A DNA stretch of 63,833 bases, the filler included, from Octopus bimaculoides (taxonomy: Eukaryota), in the NCBI RefSeq assembly GCF_001194135.2. It is 7 parts of 7 records of this genome, joined end to end, with 100 filler letters (N's around TTAATTAATTAA, not from the genome) between each part and the next. Parts side by side here need not be neighbours in the genome. Positions count along the whole stretch, not along the records: positions 8,390 to 28,595 come from NC_068986.1; 6 more parts are not named here. One strand, written 5' to 3'. The notes under the pieces are model-generated. The model was not told where the DNA came from. It ran no database searches and saw only the letters and a list, made by a program, of their open reading frames with translations. A program made the position numbers and the translations under genes. Shown here piece after piece: positions 13,659-24,920 of the stretch; position 1 is the stretch's first letter; every line of letters begins with the position of its first letter.

Positions 13659-14724
13659 GTGTCAATGTACATATTAATAGATATTAATAAATGTGCAGAG
13701 TAATATTTGTCTGTATATTAGAAACGTATGCAAATAAAAAAAACAATCTATATATTTATGTATTTCAAAATTAGGCATTGATATTACTGACGTCTGTACC
13801 ATCTCAAACTTCGTGACTTTACTTATCAGTGTTCTTTGTCTGAAAATTTATTAACATTGCGTTTCATTAATACACACACATACACTCTGTCATCTTCTTT
13901 CTCTCCTTCACTCAATATCCCCCCCCCTCTCTATCTCTCTCATCTAGCGTACTAATACAAACAATGGCCGGAAACAGGAATTCAGATTTAGAAAAAGGTG
14001 TGGTCAGTGTTCTTTGTTCATCTTCTTTATTTAGTTTAATCTTCACTTGCCATAGGCGTCAACTTGCTTCTGTCTGTACGTGTCTATTTGGTGTCTGTGC
14101 TTTGCTTCCAACACTNNNNNNNNNNNNNNNNNNNNNNNNNNNNNNNNNNNNNNNNNNNNNNNNNNNNNNNNNNNNNNNNNNNNNNNNNNNNNNNNNNNNN
14201 NNNNNNNNNNNNNNNNNNNNNNNNNNNNNNNNNNNNNNNNNNNNNNNNNNNNNNNNNNNNNNNNNNNNNNNNNNNNNNNNNNNNNNNNNNNNNNNNNNNN
14301 NNNNNNNNNNNNNNNNNNNNNNNNNNNNNNNNNNNNNNNNNNNNNNNNNNNNNNNNNNNNNNNNNNNNNNNNNNNNNNNNNNNNNNNNNNNNNNNNNNNN
14401 NNNNNNNNNNNNNNNNNNNNNNNNNNNNNNNNNNNNNNNNNNNNNNNNNNNNNNNNNNNNNNNNNNNNNNNNNNNNNNNNNNNNNNNNNNNNNNNNNNNN
14501 NNNNNNNNNNNNNNNNNNNNNNNNNNNNNNNNNNNNNNNNNNNNNNNNNNNNNNNNNNNNNNNNNNNNNNNNNNNNNNNNNNNNNNNNNNNNNNNNNNNN
14601 NNNNNNNNNNNNNNNNNNNNNNNNNNNNNNNNNNNNNNNNNNNNNNNNNNNNNNNNNNNNNNNNNNNNNNNNNNNNNNNNNNNNNNNNNNNNNNNNNNNN
14701 NNNNNNNNNNNNNNNNNNNNNNNN

Positions 14725-15102
14725 CGCAATGGCCCAGTGGTTACAGCGGACTCGCGGTCATAGGATCACGGTTTCGATTCCCAGACCGAGCGTTGTGAGT
14801 GTTTATTGAGCGAAAACACCTAAAGCTCCACGGGGCTCTGGCAGGGGATGGTGGCGAACCCTGCTGTACTCTTCACCACAGTTTTCTCTCACTCTTAATT
14901 CCTGCTTCTGTTGTGCCTGTAATTCAAAGAGTCAGCCTTGTCACACTGTGTCACGCTGAATATCCCCGAGAACTACATTAAGGGTACACGTGTCCGTGGA
15001 GTGCTCAGCCACTTGCACGTTAATTTCACGAGCAGGCTGTTTCGTTGATCGGATCAACTGAAACACTCGGCGTCGTAAGCGACGGAGTGCCAAAACAACA
15101 AC
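14725..15102 (+). mobile_element. tRNA-derived SINE family D
   Basis: A box tggcccagtgg, B box ggtttcgattccc, and a (CAA)n tail. Highly similar to the copy at 38718-39087. Confidence 0.9.
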
Positions 15103-15204
15103 AGTTTACATATGTGAATCAATTTTATATCCTAGTTTTAACCATTTATCAACTATGAGAATCTCTATAAATAGTTTAGTGGAACCACACAAAAAATATA
15201 TTGC

Positions 15205-15340
15205 TAATATAGGCACAAGGTATCGTATCTGCAAAGGGATTATAGTCGATAATATCGACCCTAGTATTTGACTGGTATTATATTTCATCGACTTCAGAAG
15301 GATCAAAAGCAAAATTGACCTCGGCTTGTCAAAATTCGCA
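15205..15340 (-). mobile_element. SINE family B, diverged 3' half
   Basis: agtcgataatatcgaccc...gactggta...gcaaaattgacctcggc. Confidence 0.6.
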
Positions 15341-15670
15341 ACCAAATCCTTTCCATCAATTCACCATCTTTGAATTAATCGCTTTTGTAGTTCTCAAATT
15401 TTGGGAGCTTCGTGATGCACGGGAGACCATTTTTGTACAGAAACCTATATGAAAAACAAAGAAGGTATTGTTTGGTTTGTTATAAACTAGTCATATCTGT
15501 GACAAAATTATATCTAACAATGTTTTCCGAGACACTCGATGATTCGTATGAGACTGTTATTATTCTAAACAAGACGTTGTGTTCTGGTATGGGTGGGGGT
15601 TATACTTTTTTTGCTTCTTTTTTACATTTTCTTTTTACTTATTGGTAATTTTATTGATTAATGAAATACG

Positions 15671-15865
15671 CACGAGCTAGCGGAAATGTTAGAACGCCAG
15701 GTAAAATGCTTGGCAGCATTTCGTTCGTCTGTACGTTCTGAGTTCAAATTTGTCTTTTGTCCTTTCGGGGACGATAAAATAAGTATCAGACGAGTAATGG
15801 ACTCGATATAAAAGACATCCACCTCCCGAAATTGCTGGCCTTGCGCCTCAATTTGAAATCAATAT
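15671..15865 (+). mobile_element. SINE family B, diverged
   Basis: gagctagcggaaatgttag head, gttctgagttcaaat B box, tail attgctggccttgcgcc. Confidence 0.8.
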
Positions 15866-16069
15866 TTTAAGGAATCTTAACAATTTTTCTGCTGCATTTA
15901 AATCACTTCAAACAATTTCAATACAAAACTTCTATGATATAAGTCAAAAACCTCATCGAAGATGTCGAGGCGTTTTCATTCATTTATCGCTCTAGATTTG
16001 AAAAAGTGTGTTACAATCAGAGATCATTGTAAAGTGTTTCTAATAGAGATAAATATGGAATTTTTGAAA

Positions 16070-16290
16070 TATGAGGAGTTGCTGAAAGATTCCTAGCTTT
16101 GGGTAAAAGAAAATACAGGAGGATCAGTTAATTATGATTTTATTCGACATATTTCCTTCTCAGATTTTCACACTGTTTGCAGCGGTCCTTCAGTTTTTCT
16201 AAACTCTATAAAAGAACTCGGAAGGTTGGGCCTCCAACCAGTCTTTTTGTGATACCCTTAAAGCCAGGAACTTTTTAGCATCCCCTCGTA
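16070..16290 (-). mobile_element. Mariner-type MITE (internal deletion derivative)
   Basis: TA at both ends and imperfect ~29-bp TIRs (tgaggagttgctgaaagattcctagcttt / cgaggggatgctaaaaagttcctggcttt). The interior retains a transposase-like C-terminus, LEKLKDRCKQCENLRRKYVE*. Confidence 0.8.
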
Positions 16291-16476
16291 CTTACTCTCC
16301 CAAAGTTCTCTGTTTTGTTTGGCTGATTTTCTATTCAATTTTTGATAAAAGTCTAAAACCTGAAAAATATTTCTTTATTAGTTTGGAATGAAGTTACATC
16401 GAGACCAAAATGCTGGCATCAACCATTTAAATGATGTTTTTGCCTTTCTTGTCGAAGGGTGTGATAATTGTTGTGG

Positions 16477-16656
16477 TGTCTTGGGAGGGTCATTATGCCA
16501 ATTGTAATAACACACGCATGGAGAAGAAAAAAGGGAAAAAAACAGTGCCTGTATTTATAATCACTGGTGCAATGACCCTCCCAAGATAAACAAAATTTGT
16601 TTCAACTCAGGAATTCCCATCAAGAATCTTGAAAACCAAATACAAAAGCGGAGATT
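16477..16656. mobile_element. 180-bp insertion with ~15-bp flanking direct repeat and internal 16-bp inverted repeat
   Basis: Direct repeat tgataattgtt(t)gtgg at 16462-16476 and 16657-16672; perfect inverted repeat tcttgggagggtcatt at 16479-16494 and 16571-16586. Confidence 0.65.
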
Positions 16657-17966
16657 TGATAATTGTTTGTGGAGAAATTAGATCGGTCAGCTAATTTAAT
16701 GTAATTTTAAGTGATTCACTGGAATATCTATTAAACATCTACTTTTGTTAGTTTACGAAATTTCTCTATTTTGCTGCTAGATTTGAAAAGCACCAAATAG
16801 TTTCTTAATCTCCAAAAGCTACGTAATTTGGTTTTGTTGGATATATTAACTGTATGACTTTGGTTAGACTAGCTCTACTGAGAGTAAAACACCAAATCGC
16901 TTTCCTTCTGAATACTAAAGCTGTTTCACTTAAGAACTGATAGCTGTTCTCTCTGGGTTAACTCAGACTTCTCTGATTTATCCTGATATAACCGAAGTCA
17001 TTTGAAATGTACGTTTGATTTCTAAAGAAAAAGGGGCAGCTATTTGCTGGGATAGTTTAAATATCAACTTTATACAGTAAAATAATCTTTGTTGACAAGA
17101 AACTTTAGAGGGGGCGAATGTTATGTTACGTGAATGAAAAGGCGGTTTTCTTTGATAGTAGCTCATATGTAGCCACCTTAAAATACCGCTCGATTCAATT
17201 GTTCTTTAATTTCTTTAGTTGTTAGAATTAGGAACAGCTGTATTATTAGCTTGTCGTAGATTAACACAAAATCTCAGGATGTACTATTTATTCTTGGTAT
17301 TACAACCATTGGGGAGAACCATATTTTTTGACCAGTTTTCTCTTCAATCATATCTAGTAATCAATCAAGTATCAAGTTTAATCTCGGCATGTTTCTTGAC
17401 GTGAAATGGGATCCACCTTAAAGATTATTGTAGTGAGAGTGCTGTTCTTCAGTTTCTCAATCAGAGAATATTTCTTTGAAACTCGACCCCCCATCCCACT
17501 CCACCTACACCTATTTATCTTTAATCTTAGCACTGAAATCGTTTGAAGACTTTTCAACAGCACAGGGAACAAATCTCGGTACACCCACGGCTTAACTAAG
17601 TTTAACCCGCACAGCGTTTCATGAACGTCTGACTTCAGACACTTCATCTGTTTTGTCGTTGCAATATGGATCTGTATAATTTCAAACAACGAAATACCAC
17701 CGTCCATGAATTCACGTACATCAACGCATTCGGAGTAATAGTGACATTACGATTACACTAACCGATAAAAACAGTGTTGTTTGAATGACTGATCGCTATT
17801 GGGAGAAAGCTCTCCGGCACCCCAACAATACAAATTTTTACCATAAGCTACCCCAAATTTTCTCTGGAACAAGACATCCCCATTCCATACCACTTAGACT
17901 CCAATCTCTACCTCTTCATTTCTTATCACCTCTACTATTCTCATCAAGAGAGCTCGTATTTACACT

Positions 17967-18269
17967 ACAATTTGAATGGTTTTAAGACTTTTTTAAGACG
18001 CATTTACAATTTGAATGATTTTAAGACTTTTTTAAGATGTATTTACAATTTGAATGATTTTAAGACTTTTTTAAGACGTATTTACAATTTGAATGATTTT
18101 AAGACTTTTTTAAGACGTATTTACAGTTTGAATGATTTTAAGACTTTTTTAAGACGTATTTACAATTTGAATGATTTTAAGACTTTTTAAAGACGTATTT
18201 ACAATTTGAATGATTTTAAAACTTTTTAAAGACGTATTTACAATTTGAATGATTTTAAGACTTTTTTAA
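17967..18269. repeat. 39-bp minisatellite, about 7.8 copies
   Basis: Unit acaatttgaatgattttaagacttttttaagacgtattt repeated head to tail with few substitutions. Confidence 0.95.
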
Positions 18270-19318
18270 TAACACACGGTATAAATTTCGGTGCACCGAC
18301 AACTTTGATAGGTTTAAACAGTTCACACATCTTCCTCCTCCGACAAAGTACTTCTGACTGAAGTGTTGGACTTCTCTTATTCTACACGACATAAAATCAA
18401 TATTTTTCTGCTTCAATTATTTCTATTAAGTCTTACTGAAACAACATCACTCAGCTTCCTCGATTTTCTTTTCCAAATTGTTAAGTTGGTGGGTTTCTAA
18501 AAGTACTCAGAACATTACTCAATCAAACAACTTGCTTCTCTGGATTTTTTAACAATAAATTTCCGATGCTGTCTGAATCCATGTCATAGTGTAATAACAA
18601 CCCTCTCCCAATAATTCAATTGGTGATATAGGAACATAGCTATATCTTTCTTGTTTTACAATGTTGAAGTTATAAGTTGCCATTTTTTAAATTCATTATC
18701 ATCGTATTAAATTTTTTTTCCGTCAATTATGTTATATAATGCACCAAAGCTTATCATGAACGAGATTTTATTTCCATCAATATCTATTACTGAGTTGTTC
18801 AAATGCAATTTATTGAATATTGGGAATAGGAATCCATCGACATCATTTTCATAAACTATATTGACTTTATTATTTTAGATATAGCTTTGTTGTTTTGATT
18901 TCATGTTCATTGAAGCAAAATGGCCATTTCTGTTCCAGATATCGCAACCCTTCTTCCATTTCGAGTTACCATTGATCTTTGGATACGTGACTTCAACTTC
19001 CTTTTCTATAACGATACATTTGTTTCTTCTTAATGAGCTGTGAAATGTTGCTGTTATTTTTGTTAAAATGTCTTTATTTGATTTAATATTTCATCGTGGA
19101 TTTCGTTGTCTCCTCCGATTGCATAACATGTCTTATACAAACTTTCCTTCTTGTTATTTCTACAAAGTCGTCCAGTTGTTAGCGGTATTTGCGTGAGGAA
19201 CTGATATCTGAAAATGTATGACGTCATCTTCTCTATATACTGATCTATATTAGCGCTCACTTTGTATTGTAAGTTATTAACATTGGATCTTTATGTGTGT
19301 GTTTGTAGTATAATCTAA

Positions 19319-19490
19319 GGCAGCGAGCTAGCAGAATCGTTAGTACATCGGACAAAATGCTTAGCGACATTTCTTATGGCTCTTTGTGTTCAAATCACGC
19401 AGAGGTTAGTTTTACCTTTCAACCCTTCGGGGTCTATGAAATAAAGTATCAGTCAAATACTGGAATCGATGGAATCTCATTGCCCGCTTC
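19319..19490 (+). mobile_element. SINE family B, diverged
   Basis: ggcagcgagctagcagaatcgttag head and a Meta-like ccttcggggtc segment. Confidence 0.8.
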
Positions 19491-20405
19491 ATAAAAAAAA
19501 AAATTGATAGCCTTCAATCCTACAAAGGACCGGCTTCCCGTTCAGAGGGAATGTTGTAATCCTGGTCAGTTATTTCATGGAAACTAGTTAATCGGCTTCA
19601 TGAGTCCCCTCGGGCTCGATAAAAAATAAGAACTTCTTTGTCGGGCCGTTTACACAAACACAGTTAAACTGTTTGAAGTTTATTTGCCCCACCAGGTAAG
19701 TTATGTTTACAACACAAAATCCAAACTTGACGAAGGAGTTCTTATAATTTTGTGTTGCAAACATAACTTCGTTTATATTAAATTCCTCTGTGGTGCAAAT
19801 AAACTACAAACAGTTTAAGTTTAATAGTGAAAAATGGCCCCGTAATAATTAAGTTTATGAACCTGAGCTCAGTTAACATCTAGATTTGCATTTTACTATT
19901 TTTTTCCTGTGACGACTTCTGCTTTGAAATAATATATTTCTAATGACTCATCGTATCCATGTGATACTCCTTGAAAAGTTGATGTTGTTTATTGTCATAA
20001 ATGTACCGGGAGTTGTATGCAAACTCATGTTTATTAAAGATCTGGAGAATGATATAGCATAATTAGAACGGAACGCTGTTGTATTTAAAGGGATCTCTGA
20101 ATTCTTTGTCGTTCTTCGAACGTAATTTCAGATTAGCACCCTATAACAATAATCCACGTGAAATAGTAGAACATGTTTTATATATGTTTGTCCAAGCTCA
20201 CTAACAATAACCAAGCTCTTTCTTATCATTCTACACACATCGGAAGTACATGTTAGTTACTAAGCTTCGTTTCAGTCGAAATAGATCTAAGAATATAGAA
20301 GCGATATAATAAAAGAAACTAAAGAAATGAAATGTATATTGTAACACTATAGTTATCTTATGAGCTTTAGAGCGAGAAGCAGAGTCAGTTTTACAATTAG
20401 CTTTG

Positions 20406-20530
20406 TTACATGTACGATCTCAGTGAATTTATTTCTACTGAATTTAGCTTCAATGGGTTTTCTTGGAAGCGACTTTCCGGAATCCCGACCGAAGTATTTT
20501 CTGCCGCAGATGACAATCTGCCAAAGTTAC
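20406..20530 (-). CDS. Candidate exon (xNFGRLSSAAENTSVGIPESRFQENPLKLNSVEINSLRSYM*)
   Basis: Good acceptor ttttatttcaaatag| followed by an open frame in unique sequence. No recognised homology. Confidence 0.2.
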
Positions 20531-20802
20531 CTATTTGAAATAAAATCTCACTCCCCCTCCAATCATAAAGGACTTGAACAAAGTCATTTAAATAACAGCA
20601 CATAAGCACGGCAAGCAAAAATAGTGAGACGATTGATTTTCCAGGTTTTATTTTAAGAACTGAAAATAAGAGATTTGAATGATTTAGATTAAAGCCTGGA
20701 ATACGAAGCGATTTCAAACAGAAAAAAAGAATTTTTATTACTTCTTGAAGTAGATGAAAATATATCTCACTAGGTGTATCCGTTTAAACCGGATATGTAA
20801 AA

Positions 20803-21104
20803 TGGCTGAGTGATAGGTAGCTTGCTCACCAACCACATGGTTCCGGGTTCAGTCCCACCGCATAGCACCTTGTGCAAGTGCCTTCTACTATAGCCTCGGG
20901 CCAACCAAAGCCTTATGAGTGGATTTGGTAGACAGAAACTGAAAGAAACCCGTCGTATATATATATGTATATGTGTTCCTTTCTGTGGAAGAGCGTAGGC
21001 TCGAAACGTTAAAGAGTTTTTCACTTCCCGGGCGTTAAACTAATACATCTTTTTGTTGTCTACACCACCTGTCTTCGTCTTTTGTTTTTTTGTGAATTCT
21101 CCCC

Positions 21105-21153
<49 letters not shown>

Positions 21154-21366
21154 TTTATTTGTCTGTGTTTGGCCCCCAGCATCGCTTGACAACCGATGGT
21201 GGTGTGTTTACGTGCCCGTAACTTAGCGGTTCGGCAAAAGAAGCCGATAGAATAAGTACTAGGCTTACAAAGAATAAGTCCTGGGGTCGATTTGCTCGAC
21301 TAAAGGTGGTGCTCCAGCATGGCCGCAGTCAAATGCTTGAAACAAGTAAAAGAGTAAAAAAGTAAG
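20803..21366 (+). mobile_element. SINE family A, full length, with a ~130-bp insert in its microsatellite spacer
   Basis: Complete head (A and B boxes, CORE-like gcaccttgtgcaagtg) and complete tail. Extra sequence at about 20976-21104 is absent from other copies. Confidence 0.92.
20979..21014 (+). ncRNA. Minimal type I hammerhead-like motif with variant core
   Basis: CTTT-CTGTGGAA-GAGCgtagGCTC-GAAACGTT-AAAG: perfect stems I and II, palindromic ACGT stem III, GUU site. The core deviates at A6. Confidence 0.55.
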
Positions 21367-21711
21367 TATATTTACTTCACAGAAAATCAAACCAAGATCA
21401 TTTCGTTTCTATGCTGAAAATAACTATTTGCTTATTTAGAGAAAAGCTTTTCTCCCCATTTAAGTAAATCCGCGACATGGTTTTTTAATTTCAGGTTCCA
21501 ATCACTTCTCAGTGCTTATATAAGTTGCGATTTGTGAAACTTACTAATATCATACTGTACGACTTCCTTCTTTTGTACCTGATGGATTTTAGGTGTGTAA
21601 AAAACCGAATGGGTGTTCTACGACTGTCAGAATTAAGGGTTCCAATATTCTAAATACGAACTTCATTGGGTTAAGCTTTAACTTATCCCCGAGTATAGTT
21701 TCAAGTTTTGA

Positions 21712-21846
21712 CACAAGGCCAGCAATTTTTAAAGAACAGTGAAAGTCGATTACATCCTTTCTAATACGCAACTAGTATTTATGTCATTGACTCCGAAAGA
21801 ACGAAAGGTAAAGTCGATTTCGGCGGAATTTGAACTCAGAACGTAA
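21712..21846 (-). mobile_element. SINE family B, partial
   Basis: aaaggtaaagtcgatttcggcggaatttgaactcagaacgta. Confidence 0.75.
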
Positions 21847-21884
21847 ACACCGTTAAACATTTTGGTCGACACACTCACGATTCT

Positions 21885-21935
<51 letters not shown>

Positions 21936-23708
21936 ACATACACACAAAGTAGCGTCTAAACTCCTCTAACAAATTGGTTTCTCTCAATAATAGCAAATAA
22001 TAATTTTATTGTGACGCAAATCATCTAAATAAATCTCCGAAACACAGACGCATGCACTCACACATCCTGTGTATATATATACATACATACATACATACAT
22101 ACANNNNNNNNNNNNNNNNNNNNNNNNNNNNNNNNNNNNNNNNNNNNNNNNNNNNNNNNNNNNNNNNNNNNNNNNNNNNNNNNNNNNNNNNNNNNNNNNN
22201 NNNNNNNNNNNNNNNNNNNNNNNNNNNNNNNNNNNNNNNNNNNNNNNNNNNNNNNNNNNNNNNNNNNNNNNNNNNNNNNNNNNNNNNNNNNNNNNNNNNN
22301 NNNNNNNNNNNNNNNNNNNNNNNNNNNNNNNNNNNNNNNNNNNNNNNNNNNNNNNNNNNNNNNNNNNNNNNNNNNNNNNNNNNNNNNNNNNNNNNNNNNN
22401 NNNNNNNNNNNNNNNNNNNNNNNNNNNNNNNNNNNNNNNNNNNNNNNNNNNNNNNNNNNNNNNNNNNNNNNNNNNNNNNNNNNNNNNNNNNNNNNNNNNN
22501 NNNNNNNNNNNNNNNNNNNNNNNNNNNNNNNNNNNNNNNNNNNNNNNNNNNNNNNNNNNNNNNNNNNNNNNNNNNNNNNNNNNNTATATATATACACACA
22601 TATATATATATGTCAACACTGTATTTAATGGTATATAAGACGCAGTTCTTTTCAAAAAGACGAAGTCTCAAAAAGTTCACTCGGGCTTAACGCTCTTTTT
22701 CCTGTAAATGCGCTACTGAAATTTGTTTGAATCTCATATGCTGTATGTTTTTTTATGCTACCAAATACGAAGTGTATCTGTGTATATGTGTGTGTATGCA
22801 CGCGCGCGTGAGTGCGTATTTGTGTGTGTGTGTGCGTGTGTTTATGTATGCGTATATATGTATGGGAAGAGAGACAGAGAGAAAGATGATGTGTTTGTAA
22901 ATATTGATATTGACTTCATAATAGTAATGTTTGTTTCTTTTGTATGAGAGTTGCACGCAATGCATTTTGATAAACTATCGATTTTTCAGTCAATTATATT
23001 ATTTTCTAATCAATTACGAAAATGTGTTTCGTTGTCGTCGTCTCCTTAGATATTTCTTAGCAAGAAGAACATGTCCTTCGTCTTCAAATAACGATTTCCA
23101 GAGCTGTTAAAAAGCCTCCTCTTCTTCTTCTTCTTCTTCTTCTTCTTCTTCTTCTTCTTCTTCTTCTTCTTCTTTTTTTTTTTTTTTTTTTTTTTTTTCC
23201 TTCTTCCTTTCTGTAGTAAAACTCCCTTGTCATTTCTCGTCTGCTTCATTCATCTTTTCCCTCCTAAATTTTCTTTTCTTATCAAGGTAAACATAAAGGC
23301 TTTACTGAAAGCGAATCAACAGCTGACAGATGGAAAAAATAAAATTCTGTCAGCAGTGGGTGTTTAAAAACGATTGTAATATAATGGCTGGGAATGGTAA
23401 ATGGAAGGGGAAGGATGAACAAGTAATAGAAGCAAATGATCGTCAAATGGAAAATAAAAGGGAAGAGAAAAACACTGAAATATGTAAGGAAAAAGAACGA
23501 AAGAAAGGGTAGTAAAAAGGAATTTGCAACAGAACGATTAAATGCATGGAAGCAAATTATTACTACTAATAATATTAATATGAAAGTCTGTCTATGATTT
23601 TGTCAGGATTTCGTAAAATAACCTAAATTTTACCATATTTGCATGCTTGCGCATGTGAGTTTTAAATGAATGGTTCTTTATAAGGAAAAATAATGAAATC
23701 ATATTTGA

Positions 23709-23757
<49 letters not shown>

Positions 23758-24109
23758 GTAATGAAGATTTTAATAGTTAAATTAGATCGAAACCGAATGC
23801 TGAGATAATATTGAAGAAAAGATGAAATATAATTCACAGGATTTCCATTTCCCATTCACAACCATTATATTACAATCGTTTTTAAGGCAACTTTTAAATG
23901 CTTCCTAATCGTAAAACTGGTAGATATATTTGGGCATAACGTATGATTTCAGAATTATACCAGAATAAATTGGGTTGAAATTGATAGTGCAGCTTTCTTA
24001 CAAAAGAATAGTCTAAGAACTGGTGCTACAATGTTATTAGTAAGTGGAGAAGGCATGTCATTCTTGATTGATCTATATTTTGGTGTTAGGCTAATGATGG
24101 TCTCAAATT

Positions 24110-24278
24110 TAGCATAGGGCCAGCAATTTGGGGATAGGGTTGAGTCGTTTACGACGTCCCCACTTTCGACTGGTGCTGTATTTTCTCGATCCAGAAAGAC
24201 AGAATCGGAAGAATTTGAACTCAGAACATAGACGGAAACAAATATCGCTAAGCATTTTGTCCGGCGCGCTAACGTTTC
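24110..24278 (-). mobile_element. SINE family B, older host copy (remainder continues at about 24512-24535)
   Basis: Family B motifs interrupted at taacgtttc by a younger SINE. Confidence 0.75.
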
Positions 24279-24511
24279 TTATTTCTTTATTGCTCACAAG
24301 GGGCTAAACACAGAGGGGACAAACAAGGACAGACAAAGGAATTAAGTCGATTACATCGACCCCAGTGCATAACTGGTACTTAATTTATCGACCCCGAAAG
24401 GATGAAAGGCAAAGTCGACCTCGACGGAATTTGAACTCAGAACGTAACGGTAGACGAAATACTGCTAAGCATTTCGCCCAGCGTGCTAACGTTTCTGCCA
24501 GCTCGCCGCCT
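24279..24511 (-). mobile_element. SINE family B variant with a distinct tail (B2), inserted into another SINE
   Basis: Intact head and Meta-like domain. The tail tatttctttattgc...ggggctaaaca is shared with 37334-37487. A 9-bp TSD, taacgtttc, lies at 24270-24278 and 24512-24520. Confidence 0.9.
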
Positions 24512-24809
24512 TAACGTTTCGACCACCCAACGGCTTTATGCGAGACTAATATTAGGTTTGCATCAAACTGTTCACGCTGAGTGAAATGCCCTTACTACAG
24601 TTCTGAAGAGATACATTGAATCCCTCCTTATGAAACCGTATAAGACGAGTGAACGAAGTATTCTCTACGTGGCTGCTCAACATGCTAGAAATGGTAACCA
24701 AAAGTCTTTCAAATCCAACCCCACAGACAGCGACTCCCTCTTTAATTCTCTTTCATTTATAGGGACTACTTTAAGCCTTTACCTTGCAAGCCACCAGGTA
24801 ATCACCACT

Positions 24810-24920
24810 CTAGTGTTGGTACCATTAAAAAAGCACCCAGTACTGTCTGTAAAGTGGTTGGCATTAAGAAGGGCATCCAGCCATAGAACCCATGCTAAAT
24901 TAGACATTGCTGCATGTTGC
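24810..24920 (+). mobile_element. SINE family E fragment (Nin/Deu-like central domain)
   Basis: gcaccc...gtggttggcattaagaagggcatccagc is the reverse complement match of 59995-60060. Confidence 0.65.

Larger units (their letters stand above)
15870..19300 (-). pseudogene. Heavily decayed Ty3/Gypsy LTR retrotransposon (gag-PR-RT-RNase H) with nested insertions
   Basis: Manual translation finds motifs in Gypsy order: gag-like IDQYIEKM...DEILNQI (about 19250-19070), protease-like IDGNKISFMISFGALYNIID (about 18790-18720), RT start DMIEEKTGQKIWFSPMVVIPR (about 17360-17290), SRNITFA...QRLFYCI, RNase H MVDAS (about 16410). No LTRs were recognised. Confidence 0.7.

Noticed and set aside
17967-18269. 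39-bp repeats as a CRISPR array or 13-aa repeat protein
   Set aside because: Units are contiguous with no unique spacers, the context is eukaryotic, and the frame breaks at indels.
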